DNA of 33,541 nucleotides, from positions 1-33,541 of the forward strand of contig CAAFQL010000257.1 in NCBI GenBank assembly GCA_900765125.1, read 5' to 3'. The translations under genes were made by a program, and so were the position numbers. The number at the start of each line of letters is the position of its first letter. Position 1 is the first letter of the stretch. The stretch comes from Oscillospiraceae bacterium (GTDB lineage: Bacteria; Bacillota; Clostridia; Oscillospirales; Ruminococcaceae). Shown here in pieces: positions 15,953-26,224 of the stretch. The notes under the pieces are model-generated. The model saw nothing but the letters and a program-made list of their open reading frames with translations, did no database searches and was not told where the DNA came from.

Positions 15953-17749
15953 CTATGATATAAGATTCAGAGCTGTGTCAAGAAGAGTGTCCTCTGTGAT
16001 GTTTCGGTCTATCTGTTCTAAAAGAAGCTCTGGTCTGTCTGTGATTATGTGATCTGCATTTACATTCAACATACGCCGCATTTCTCCGGTGTTGTTTACT
16101 GTCCATGCGTAGATTTCTTTACCTTGCAGGTGGGCATTGCTTACTACCTGCGTACTTATGAATGTGCTTTTTATACTGAATGCATCTGCCGCATCAAGGG
16201 TGTAAAAATTGCCTGTGGCAATACTCATGATAAGACCTGTCTTTATATTGGAATTGTATTTCTTGATCTTTTTCAGAGAATCGTAAGAAAATGAGGTAAC
16301 ACAGCATTTATTTTCCATGTCGTATTTTTCAATGAGTGAAACGACTTGTTGTTCTAAATGATCATTTTTTGAGCCTCTTTTCAGTTCGATGTTCATGAAT
16401 ATCTTTCCATCAGTGAGGATAAAAACATCTTCCAGAGACATTATACGTGCATCGCCGTACTCCTCTCCGTACCAACTTCCCACATCTATCTGAGACAATT
16501 CCTCAAATGTGAATGAAGAAACCTTTTGGTTTATGCCTGCAACTCTTTTAAGATTCAGGTCATGGATAACTACCGGAATGCCGTCTTTGGTCTGCTGAAC
16601 ATCAAGCTCTATACCATCTGCACCCTGTTCTATGGCGGCAATAAAGGCATAAGATGTGTTTTCAGGAGCTGAAAAAGAAGCTCCCCTGTGAGCAATAGTA
16701 AGAGGATGTGTATCAAGTACAAAGCGTACGGCAGCATCACCTGATGCAAGTCTGAAAATATATATTCCATCGACCCATAAAAGAGCGATTGCTGCTAAAA
16801 CTGCTGTGATCCGACTTTTTTTATTTTTGCGGTATGTCTTTACAGTTGTTTTACAGCCGATGGATTTTCTGCATGAAAGAAGCTTTTCATAGCGCACGAA
16901 CATTCCGGCGGCAAGGTATGGAACTGCACCGGCTGAGAAAATAAAAGTTACGAAAAGCAGCAAATATCTTATGATACGCAAAGGCAGACTGCCGTATGAA
17001 ACCGGTATGCCAAAATGGGAGAGCCCTCCTATGCTGAGACCTGTCAGTAATATGATAATGCCGATAAATGCAGCAAAGAATCCTAAACTCCATAAAAGCA
17101 TTTTAAGCAGTACAGAGAGGGATTTACCCGATATAAGACACTTGCTTTGCTGTCTTGCCATATGGAAGCTGCAGTGACGGCAAACATATATAGGCAGTGC
17201 AATCATCCATTTCAGATTCAGCAGCATGGATAAAAGTACTGCGGCAGAATATGCAAGTATCAGTGTGTCAGAATCACTGACTAATCTGGTTAAAATATCC
17301 GGAATGCCGAGAACTGATATGAATCCTCCGGCAACAGGAAGAGATATGGCGGGTATTAACATGATAAGATGCAGCACAAGAGTTCCTGCCCCTGCTGAGA
17401 ACATTCTTTTAAAGCCTGATACAAGCTCATAGATAAGTTCACCGAAAGTAAGTTTTCTTCCTTCGTGGGCTGCATTCATGCAGGCTATTACCCCTGTGAA
17501 ATGGAGCAGTATTTGTGAAGCTGCTATCAATACAATAAGGGCAGCCAAAGGATACGTCCATATAGAGGTCAGCAGCTTGGTAACAGTTGTATTTGTAAGA
17601 AATTTCAGTCCTGCAAGGTGTATGGCACTATCTGTAATAATGCCCACAAGGGGAACTAATACTATAAATGTCACAAGCTGAACACCTGCTTCAAATAATA
17701 TCAGTGACTTGCCGGCTTTTCTTAGAAGTTTAAAGCTTTCACGGAACAA
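15953..17749 (-). CDS. Glycerophosphodiester phosphodiesterase with N-terminal membrane domain
   Basis: About 7 TM segments, then IAHRGASFSAPENT, IELDVQQTKDG..VVIHD, NIELK, AWTVN, IITDRP. Start uncertain: TTG 17749 sits 8 nt after GGAGG; ATG 17755 and 17770 are alternatives. Confidence 0.92.
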   Translation of the reverse strand: MFRESFKLLRKAGKSLILFEAGVQLVTFIVLVPLVGIITDSAIHLAGLKFLTNTTVTKLLTSIWTYPLAALIVLIAASQILLHFTGVIACMNAAHEGRKLTFGELIYELVSGFKRMFSAGAGTLVLHLIMLIPAISLPVAGGFISVLGIPDILTRLVSDSDTLILAYSAAVLLSMLLNLKWMIALPIYVCRHCSFHMARQQSKCLISGKSLSVLLKMLLWSLGFFAAFIGIIILLTGLSIGGLSHFGIPVSYGSLPLRIIRYLLLFVTFIFSAGAVPYLAAGMFVRYEKLLSCRKSIGCKTTVKTYRKNKKSRITAVLAAIALLWVDGIYIFRLASGDAAVRFVLDTHPLTIAHRGASFSAPENTSYAFIAAIEQGADGIELDVQQTKDGIPVVIHDLNLKRVAGINQKVSSFTFEELSQIDVGSWYGEEYGDARIMSLEDVFILTDGKIFMNIELKRGSKNDHLEQQVVSLIEKYDMENKCCVTSFSYDSLKKIKKYNSNIKTGLIMSIATGNFYTLDAADAFSIKSTFISTQVVSNAHLQGKEIYAWTVNNTGEMRRMLNVNADHIITDRPELLLEQIDRNITEDTLLDTALNLIS

Positions 17750-17774
17750 ATCCATAACCTCCAACTGCATATTC

Positions 17775-17829
17775 TAAGAACTTGTTCTCATAGGAGTGGT
17801 GTGTTTAATCCTATGAGAACAAGTTCTAA
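17775..17829. mobile_element. 49-bp palindromic mini-element (IS remnant/MITE-like) flanked by TAA direct repeats
   Basis: TAA-GAACTTGTTCTCATAGGA-13 nt-TCCTATGAGAACAAGTTC-TAA. Confidence 0.55.
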
Positions 17830-17866
17830 GGAAACACCGCATAATTTTCAAAATATCAGCGGTGTT
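17830..17866 (-). terminator. Possible terminator hairpin after citrate synthase
   Basis: Stem AACACCGC / GCGGTGTT about 20 nt past the stop codon. The U tract is weak. Confidence 0.5.
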
Positions 17867-17888
17867 ATCTTATGTATGCCTTTCAGGA

Positions 17889-19295
17889 TCATCTGTCCTC
17901 CATAGCTGTATATGATCTTGGTTTGCTTACGGGCAGATATGCCGGACGAATTATTTTTGTAGAATTTATAAGCTCTTCCAGACGATGTGCTGACCATCCG
18001 GCTATACGTGCGACTGCAAAGAGCGGAGTATAAAGATCTGTTGGTATTCCGAGCATTTTATATACAAAGCCACTGTAAAGGTCTACATTTGCGCATACAC
18101 CCTTGTAGATCTTTCTTTTTTCTGAAATGAGCTCCTTTGCAATACGTTCTACGTCTGCATAAAGCTGGAATTCATCGTGGCAGTTCTTTTCTACTGAAAG
18201 CTTCTCTGCGAATCGCTTCAGTATTTCAGCACGTGGGTCTGAAATAGAATAGATAGCATGACCCATGCCGTAAATAAGGCCGCTTCTGTCAAAGCCTTCC
18301 TTATCAAGAAGCTTTCTGAGATACTCACGAAGAGCGTTTTCATCTTTCCAGTCGGGAACATTTTGTTTAAGATCGTCAAACATTTCCATGACCTTAAGGT
18401 TTGCTCCGCCGTGCTTCGGACCTTTAAGAGAGCCGAGAGCTGCTGCAATAGCAGAATATGTGTCTGTGCCGGAAGATGTGACTACGTGTACTGTAAAGGC
18501 TGAATTATTTCCGCCGCCGTGTTCAGCGTGAAGTACAAGTGCAAGGTCAAGGAGTCTTGCTTCCAGTTTTGTATACTGTCCGTCAGGACGAAGCAGTGTC
18601 AGGAAGTTCTCAGCAATAGTTTTTGAAGGGTCAGGTCTATTATACACCATACTTTCACCCTGACGGAAATATTGTGCTGCCTGATAGCTGTATACAGCCA
18701 TTGCCGGGAAACGAGCGATAAGCTCAAGACTCTGACGCATTACATTTTCAATAGAAGTATCATCAGGATTCGGATCCACTGCATGAAGGGAGAGAACGCA
18801 TTTTTCCATCATGCTCATGATATTGTCACTGGGCATTTTCATTATAATTCCGCTTTTAAACTTTTCCGGAAGGAACTGGTATTCAGACAGTATTCCGTGG
18901 AAGCTTTCAAGCTGTGCTTTAGTTGGCAGTTCACCTGTCAGCAGCAGATATACTATTTCTTCAAAGCCGAATCTATCCTGTTCAATAAATCCGTCTACAA
19001 GTTCTTCTATTGGAATTCCCCTGTACAAAAGCTTTCCTCTTTCCGGAATACGCACACCGTTTTCCATTCTGCTTGCAGTTACCTGACTTACTGTGGTGAG
19101 TCCTGCCACGACACCCTTGCCGTCTGCATCACGCAGACCACGCTTTACATCATACTCACTGTAAAGTTCTGTAGGTATGAGATATCGTTCTTTTGATTCA
19201 GTGGCAAGGTCTGCTGCCTTTTTGGAATTTTCCTTGTAGGTTTTTGCGATTTTGTAAATACGTTGTTTGAACATTGAATTTTCCTTATTTTCCAT
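17889..19295 (-). CDS. gltA: Citrate synthase (Si-type fold; citrate/2-methylcitrate synthase family)
   Basis: GKLLYRG, LHAEHGGGNNS, GPKHGGAN, GMGHAIY..SDPRA, NVDLYSG, ARIAGWSAH, IIRP. AAAGGAG RBS. Confidence 0.93.
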   Translation of the reverse strand: MENKENSMFKQRIYKIAKTYKENSKKAADLATESKERYLIPTELYSEYDVKRGLRDADGKGVVAGLTTVSQVTASRMENGVRIPERGKLLYRGIPIEELVDGFIEQDRFGFEEIVYLLLTGELPTKAQLESFHGILSEYQFLPEKFKSGIIMKMPSDNIMSMMEKCVLSLHAVDPNPDDTSIENVMRQSLELIARFPAMAVYSYQAAQYFRQGESMVYNRPDPSKTIAENFLTLLRPDGQYTKLEARLLDLALVLHAEHGGGNNSAFTVHVVTSSGTDTYSAIAAALGSLKGPKHGGANLKVMEMFDDLKQNVPDWKDENALREYLRKLLDKEGFDRSGLIYGMGHAIYSISDPRAEILKRFAEKLSVEKNCHDEFQLYADVERIAKELISEKRKIYKGVCANVDLYSGFVYKMLGIPTDLYTPLFAVARIAGWSAHRLEELINSTKIIRPAYLPVSKPRSYTAMEDR

Positions 19296-19334
19296 AAGAC
19301 TCCTTTCGGTTTATAAATATAAATTGCTTGCTAT

Positions 19335-19378
19335 TAAAAACAGGTTGTCGTAGGCTTGCTGACCATTGACAACCTGTT
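19335..19378 (-). terminator. Intrinsic terminator after pspA and the small membrane protein gene
   Basis: 11-bp stem AACAGGTTGTC / GACAACCTGTT followed by a T tract on the minus strand. Confidence 0.75.
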
Positions 19379-19398
19379 GAACTCTTAATTTAGCAGTC

Positions 19399-19554
19399 TT
19401 ATCCGAGACCGCATTCATCATAGTCGCTCCATCTTTCCTTGTAAGCACGTTTCTCCATTAAGTTGCATACGAAATATGCTATTGCCGACAGAGAAATAAT
19501 TGCTGCAAGCAGAAATGAAACACCTGAAAGTGCGCTTGTTTTCTTATTATTCAT
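19399..19554 (-). CDS. Small 51-aa single-pass membrane protein, absent from the ORF track
   Basis: MNNKKTSALSGVSFLLAAIISLSAIAYFVCNLMEKRAYKERWSDYDECGLG. AAGGAGG lies 9 nt before the ATG, the start overlaps the pspA stop (TAATG), and a terminator follows. Confidence 0.85.
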   Translation of the reverse strand: MNNKKTSALSGVSFLLAAIISLSAIAYFVCNLMEKRAYKERWSDYDECGLG

Positions 19555-20258
19555 TATAAAACGCCTCCTTCTTCTGTATCTGAAATACCAGCCTGAGTGC
19601 CATTCATTTCAGCCATAAGACGCTGAAGTTCTGCATCTACCTTCATATCATTTTCAAGATTCTCAAAACTCTTCATATCATTGCTTACGCCTGCTATCTC
19701 TGTAAATGCAGCAGCCTCTGCTTCCTGTCTTTCGATTTTTTCCTCCATGCGGTTAAATTTGTCGAGGGCGGCAGACGAATCCATACCGCCTACAGACTTA
19801 GCAAGATTTTTCTGTGTCTTAGCCATTTGTGAACGTGCAATAAGCATAGACTGTCTGCTTTTTGCTTCTTCCAACTTTGATTTAAGCTCCTCCACCTGAC
19901 TGCGAATATTGTTTGTTTGATTTGTTACAGTTTCAAGCATCTGTGCAGAGGTTTCAACATCAGAATCAGCCTTTACCTTATAAGAAAGGGCTTTCTTAGC
20001 CATTTCGGTATCGCCTGCGGCAAGAGCAGCCTTTGCCTTTGATTCCCAGTTAGCAGCCGTGCGTACAGCTTGTTCATGCTGACGTTCAGCAATTCTCTGA
20101 CTTGCCATAGCCTTTCCAAGGGCTTCTGTAGCGATACGGACATCTTTTTGCAAATCAAGAATGATCTGCTTGACCATCTTCTCCGGGTCTTCCGCACGAT
20201 CTATCATATCATTGACGTTTGATTTAAAAACATCGCCGATTCTTGAAAAAATACCCAT
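19554..20258 (-). CDS. pspA: PspA/IM30 family protein (PspA/LiaH-like)
   Basis: MGIFSRIGDVFKSNVNDMIDRAEDPEKM, coiled coil, FNRMEEKIERQEAEA, VDAELQRL. AGGAGG RBS. Confidence 0.95.
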   Translation of the reverse strand: MGIFSRIGDVFKSNVNDMIDRAEDPEKMVKQIILDLQKDVRIATEALGKAMASQRIAERQHEQAVRTAANWESKAKAALAAGDTEMAKKALSYKVKADSDVETSAQMLETVTNQTNNIRSQVEELKSKLEEAKSRQSMLIARSQMAKTQKNLAKSVGGMDSSAALDKFNRMEEKIERQEAEAAAFTEIAGVSNDMKSFENLENDMKVDAELQRLMAEMNGTQAGISDTEEGGVL

Positions 20259-20332
20259 GATCGAACCTCCTGTTAAAATAAAGTTTCAGGACGTCTGCAT
20301 AGTATCAATACGTCCTGTAATACATTAGATTT

Positions 20333-20361
20333 ATTATATCATAAAATACACATTGTGTCAA
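20333..20361 (-). promoter_or_regulatory. Consensus sigma-A promoter of pspA
   Basis: Minus strand TTGACA (20361-20356), 17-nt spacer, TATAAT (20338-20333) with extended -10 TG. Confidence 0.85.
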
Positions 20362-20373
20362 TTATTTGAGTTA

Positions 20374-20802
20374 TTATTTCACCGTATTTTCACCATCTGA
20401 ACTACTGCCTTCTTCATTTTCAAGTTCATCGGTAATACGTTTGATGGCGTTTGTGTTAAGATCGGTATAAAGTCTGATAGTGTTTATTACGCTCTGCATA
20501 TTTTTCATATCCTTAGCCATTTTTTCAAATAGCTGACGGTTTCTGTCCTTTTCGAGCTTCAGTTCAGCACGCAGAGTATCGTTTTCCTCTTGAAGAGCAT
20601 TTATTTCGCCCTGAAATCGTCGGCATACTGACTGAACCGCCTGCATCCGTGTTTCCATATTACGATTATAGGCATTCTGTCTTTCACCGAACTTATGTAC
20701 CAGTACCATCGAGGGACTTCTTGAAAGCTCAGTCAGCTCTTCAGAGTACGTTTCCACAATTACACGCTGGTCAAGTCGTGAACGATCATCTTTTCCTATC
20801 AT
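20374..20802 (-). CDS. Hypothetical coiled-coil protein, last gene of the glycan operon
   Basis: GGGAGGAG RBS, overlap with the upstream gene end, heptad-like sequence INALQEENDTLRAELKLEKDRNRQL. Confidence 0.8.
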   Translation of the reverse strand: MIGKDDRSRLDQRVIVETYSEELTELSRSPSMVLVHKFGERQNAYNRNMETRMQAVQSVCRRFQGEINALQEENDTLRAELKLEKDRNRQLFEKMAKDMKNMQSVINTIRLYTDLNTNAIKRITDELENEEGSSSDGENTVK

Positions 20803-21775
20803 TGGTTTGCTCCTCCCTTATTTTTTCAAGCTCGTACCCGAGCATTTCACTCAGCGTACGTGAAATCGGTATTTCAGGCTTCCAGCCTGTATCCCTTTGA
20901 AGTTTAGTAATATCCGCTCTTATTTCAGGAATGTCAGAGGGCCTGAGCTTTTCAGGATCAAGCTCTCTTTTTATTTCAATGCCGCTGAGATCTATTATTT
21001 TGCATAGCAGGTTTTCTATGGATATGCTTCTGCCGCTTCCCACATTATAAGTTTCACCGTCATGGCCCTTTTCAGCAAGCAAACCATAAGCCCTCACAAC
21101 ATCACGGACATCTGTAAAGTCACGCTTTGCACTGAGATTTCCTGTGCGGATAATATTATCTCTTTTGCCGGATAAAATTTCCGCAGTTTGCCTGCAAAAG
21201 TCTGCCGCTGCAAACTGCGGCAGCTGACCTTTTCCGATATGATTAAAGGCTCTTACCATAACTATATGCATTCCATAGCTTTTGGCATAGAGTCTGCCGA
21301 ACATATTCTGTGCAGCCTTTGTAACGGCGTAGGGATTTGCAGGAGTTATGGGTGTTTCTTCTGATACAAGTGACACACCCTGAGGCAGACAGCCGTACTC
21401 CTCACCTGAACCGATAAGAAGTATTCTCGGTGAGTAATCCTCTATGCTGCGCACAGCTTCAAGGAGATTCAGACAGCCCGAAATGTTTACATCTGATGTA
21501 AGGCGTGGATTTTTCCAGGAAACGGCAACAGAACTTTGAGCTGCCAAATGATATATTTCATCGGGACGTACCTCACACAGCAGTGAAGTTATTTCATCCT
21601 GTTTCAGTATATCCAGATCGCACACTTGGCAGCCGTCTATATTTATTTTTTCATGCGGTAGTTTAGTGAGAAATGTTTTCCTGTTAAGGTCATCTTTCAG
21701 GTGTTCTGCCAGAAAGCCGCCTACAAAGCCGGCTGCACCGATCACCAGTGCTTTTTTAGTATTTTCTGCTTTCAA
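20786..21775 (-). CDS. rmd: GDP-4-keto-6-deoxy-D-mannose reductase (Rmd-like extended SDR)
   Basis: GAAGFVG, PDEIYHLAAQSSVAVSW, IGSGEEYG, YAVTK, RAFNHIGKGQ, GNLSAKRDFTDVRDVVRAY. Co-located with gmd. TTG start. Confidence 0.8.
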   Translation of the reverse strand: MKAENTKKALVIGAAGFVGGFLAEHLKDDLNRKTFLTKLPHEKINIDGCQVCDLDILKQDEITSLLCEVRPDEIYHLAAQSSVAVSWKNPRLTSDVNISGCLNLLEAVRSIEDYSPRILLIGSGEEYGCLPQGVSLVSEETPITPANPYAVTKAAQNMFGRLYAKSYGMHIVMVRAFNHIGKGQLPQFAAADFCRQTAEILSGKRDNIIRTGNLSAKRDFTDVRDVVRAYGLLAEKGHDGETYNVGSGRSISIENLLCKIIDLSGIEIKRELDPEKLRPSDIPEIRADITKLQRDTGWKPEIPISRTLSEMLGYELEKIREEQTNDRKR

Positions 21776-21793
21776 GTGACTTTTCCGCCTTTC

Positions 21794-22915
21794 TTATTTT
21801 AAGATCTCATATATCTGATTTAAAACGTCCTGTTCAAGGAAATCCTCCCTGACACGTTTTGCAGCAGCGAGACCGTATTTTTTTCTCAGTTCCTTATCTG
21901 ACGCAAGAAGATTTATTGCTTCTGCCAGTGCATCTGGATTTTCAGGAGGGACTGTAAGACCTGTTTTTTTGTGGAGACTTACAAATGGTACTCCCGTAGG
22001 CAAAGCTGTATTTATAACAGGTTTTCCGTAAACCATAGCTTCAAGCTGTACTATGCCAAAAGCTTCGCTGTTTGCAACAGACGGCAGTACAAATATATCA
22101 CAGTCACGAAATGCTGCTTTAAGCTCTTCATCAGAAAGAACTCCGAGAAAGTGTACCTTCTGATCCATTTTGGCTGCCATGTCCCGAAGTTTATCTTCAA
22201 GAACGCCTTTGCCCACTATAAAAAGTTCACATCCGTATACCCTTTCAAAGCTTTTAAGCAGTACTTCTGCACCTTTGTAGTAGACAAGCCGTCCTGTAAA
22301 GAGTACCTTTACAGCATTTTTGTCACATAGTTTTTCCGTAAGTACGGGCTTGCATGGAGAACTTATGTATTTATCATAATTCAGACCATAGGGGATAACT
22401 CTGCATTTGTCACGAAACTGTGACAGAAAAGGTGAGCCGTCAATATGACCCTGCGTTGCTGCAATGATAATATCTGCACGTCTGAGGAATCTCATAAGCA
22501 CAGGCTTATAGAACAGCAGAAGCTTTTTTTGTTTTACAACATCGCTGTGCCATGCAAGCACGACTTTTCCCTTGAAGCCGGACAACAGGCAGGCAAGGTC
22601 ACCGAGAGGAAACGGCATATGGAAAAGTATAACATCTGCATTTTCAGCCATTTTTTTGAATATTCTGAAAAACGAAAAAGAAAGAGGACATGAAAAGTAC
22701 GTTCCCATGCTGCCTGCTCTTGTAACAGGTACACCTTCTATGACTTCATGAGAAGTTTTTTCCTTTTTATCCTGACAGACGAGTACCTGCATTTCAATAT
22801 CGGAGCGCTTGGCAAGTTCACGTCCGTATGTTCTCACAAGACTTTCAATGCCGCCTATATGCGGATAGTATGCCTTGTTTACCTGCAAAATACGCAGTTT
22901 TTTATTTTCAGCCAC
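21794..22915 (-). CDS. GT4 glycosyltransferase (WbpZ/WbdC-like)
   Basis: KAYYPHIGGIE, HMPFP, WHSDVVKQK, GRLVYYKG, SEAFGIVQLEAM. GTG start at 22915, 6 nt after AGGAGG. Confidence 0.88.
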   Translation of the reverse strand: MAENKKLRILQVNKAYYPHIGGIESLVRTYGRELAKRSDIEMQVLVCQDKKEKTSHEVIEGVPVTRAGSMGTYFSCPLSFSFFRIFKKMAENADVILFHMPFPLGDLACLLSGFKGKVVLAWHSDVVKQKKLLLFYKPVLMRFLRRADIIIAATQGHIDGSPFLSQFRDKCRVIPYGLNYDKYISSPCKPVLTEKLCDKNAVKVLFTGRLVYYKGAEVLLKSFERVYGCELFIVGKGVLEDKLRDMAAKMDQKVHFLGVLSDEELKAAFRDCDIFVLPSVANSEAFGIVQLEAMVYGKPVINTALPTGVPFVSLHKKTGLTVPPENPDALAEAINLLASDKELRKKYGLAAAKRVREDFLEQDVLNQIYEILK

Positions 22916-24059
22916 CAAGAGCCTCCTTGTATACGTTGTAGAGAATAGCGGCAGCGTTTTCCCATGAAAACAATCTTGCACGTTTTATACCTGCCGCAGA
23001 GAGCTCATGTCTGAGTTTGGAATCAAGATAGAGCTTTTCCAGGCAGTTGGTCATCTCGTCTGTATGATATGGGCTGCATATCATAGCGCAGTCATCAACA
23101 ACTTCCGGCAGAGATGCTGCATGAGTGGTAAGTACCGGTACACCGCACGCCATAGCTTCGAGGGGCGGCATTCCAAACCCCTCATATATTGACGGGAACA
23201 CAAAGCTCAGAGCACCTGACATCAGTGTACATATATGATTTTCAGGCACATATGAAACCAGCTTTACATCTGTGTCCAGATCAAGCTCTTTAATGGTATT
23301 CATAAGCTCCTGATTAAGCCAGCCTTTTCCCCCTGCAAGTACAAGGCAGGGATATTCGGACTTGCCCTTGCGGAATTCGTTGTATGCTACTGCGAGACGT
23401 CTAAGATTTTTTCGAGGTTCCAGTGTGCCGAGATATAGAAAATAATCTCTGTCTATACCTAACAAATTTTTTGTTTCATCAATGCGTACCTGATCTTCCA
23501 CAGGATGGAAACGACTTTTGTCAACGCCGCAGGGAACGACTCTGAGCTTTTTCTCCCACTGCGGAAAATATTTCACTATTTCAGTGCGTGAAAACTCAGA
23601 ATCCGTAACTATAAGATCAGCTCTTTTCATGGAACGTTTCAGACCTGTTTCTAACATATACCTTGTGCGTCCACGGACAGTCTCCGGAAAAGTTTTATAC
23701 ACCATATCATGAACAGTAACAATGGTCTTTCCGCTTACCTTAGGTGGTACGATATAATTGAAGAAATGGGTCAGATCAGCATCACTGCCGAAGAATTTAT
23801 TGTATGGCAGCGGCAGAAAATTAGATACAAGTCTGTAAAGATAACCTGAAAACATTCCCTGACGGATCTCTGCACGGGAATCCTCATACATTTTAAGTCT
23901 CTTACGTTTTTCTCCTCCGTCACCTGTAGCGAAGAACTGCATGACATACTGCTCTTCCGGGTGCAGTGCCATCAGAGCTTGTATCTGCCCTGCCTGACAA
24001 TAGCCTATGCCTGTCATTTTTTCACTGATAAGAGGCAGTGCGTCAAATGCGATTTTCAT
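22908..24059 (-). CDS. GT4 glycosyltransferase (WbpY/WbdB-like)
   Basis: MKIAFDA..TGIGY, TVHDM, GTLEPRKNL, FPSIYEGFGMPPLEAMACG, SLPEV. Confidence 0.9.
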   Translation of the reverse strand: MKIAFDALPLISEKMTGIGYCQAGQIQALMALHPEEQYVMQFFATGDGGEKRKRLKMYEDSRAEIRQGMFSGYLYRLVSNFLPLPYNKFFGSDADLTHFFNYIVPPKVSGKTIVTVHDMVYKTFPETVRGRTRYMLETGLKRSMKRADLIVTDSEFSRTEIVKYFPQWEKKLRVVPCGVDKSRFHPVEDQVRIDETKNLLGIDRDYFLYLGTLEPRKNLRRLAVAYNEFRKGKSEYPCLVLAGGKGWLNQELMNTIKELDLDTDVKLVSYVPENHICTLMSGALSFVFPSIYEGFGMPPLEAMACGVPVLTTHAASLPEVVDDCAMICSPYHTDEMTNCLEKLYLDSKLRHELSAAGIKRARLFSWENAAAILYNVYKEALGG

Positions 24060-24083
24060 GTTTTCCTCCGAATAATAACGTGC

Positions 24084-26217
<2,134 letters not shown>

Positions 26218-26224
26218 ATTTACC

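Noticed and set aside
17778..17826. GAACTTGTTC within the palindrome arms as LexA boxes
   Set aside because: The spacing is GAAC-N2-GTTC, not N4.
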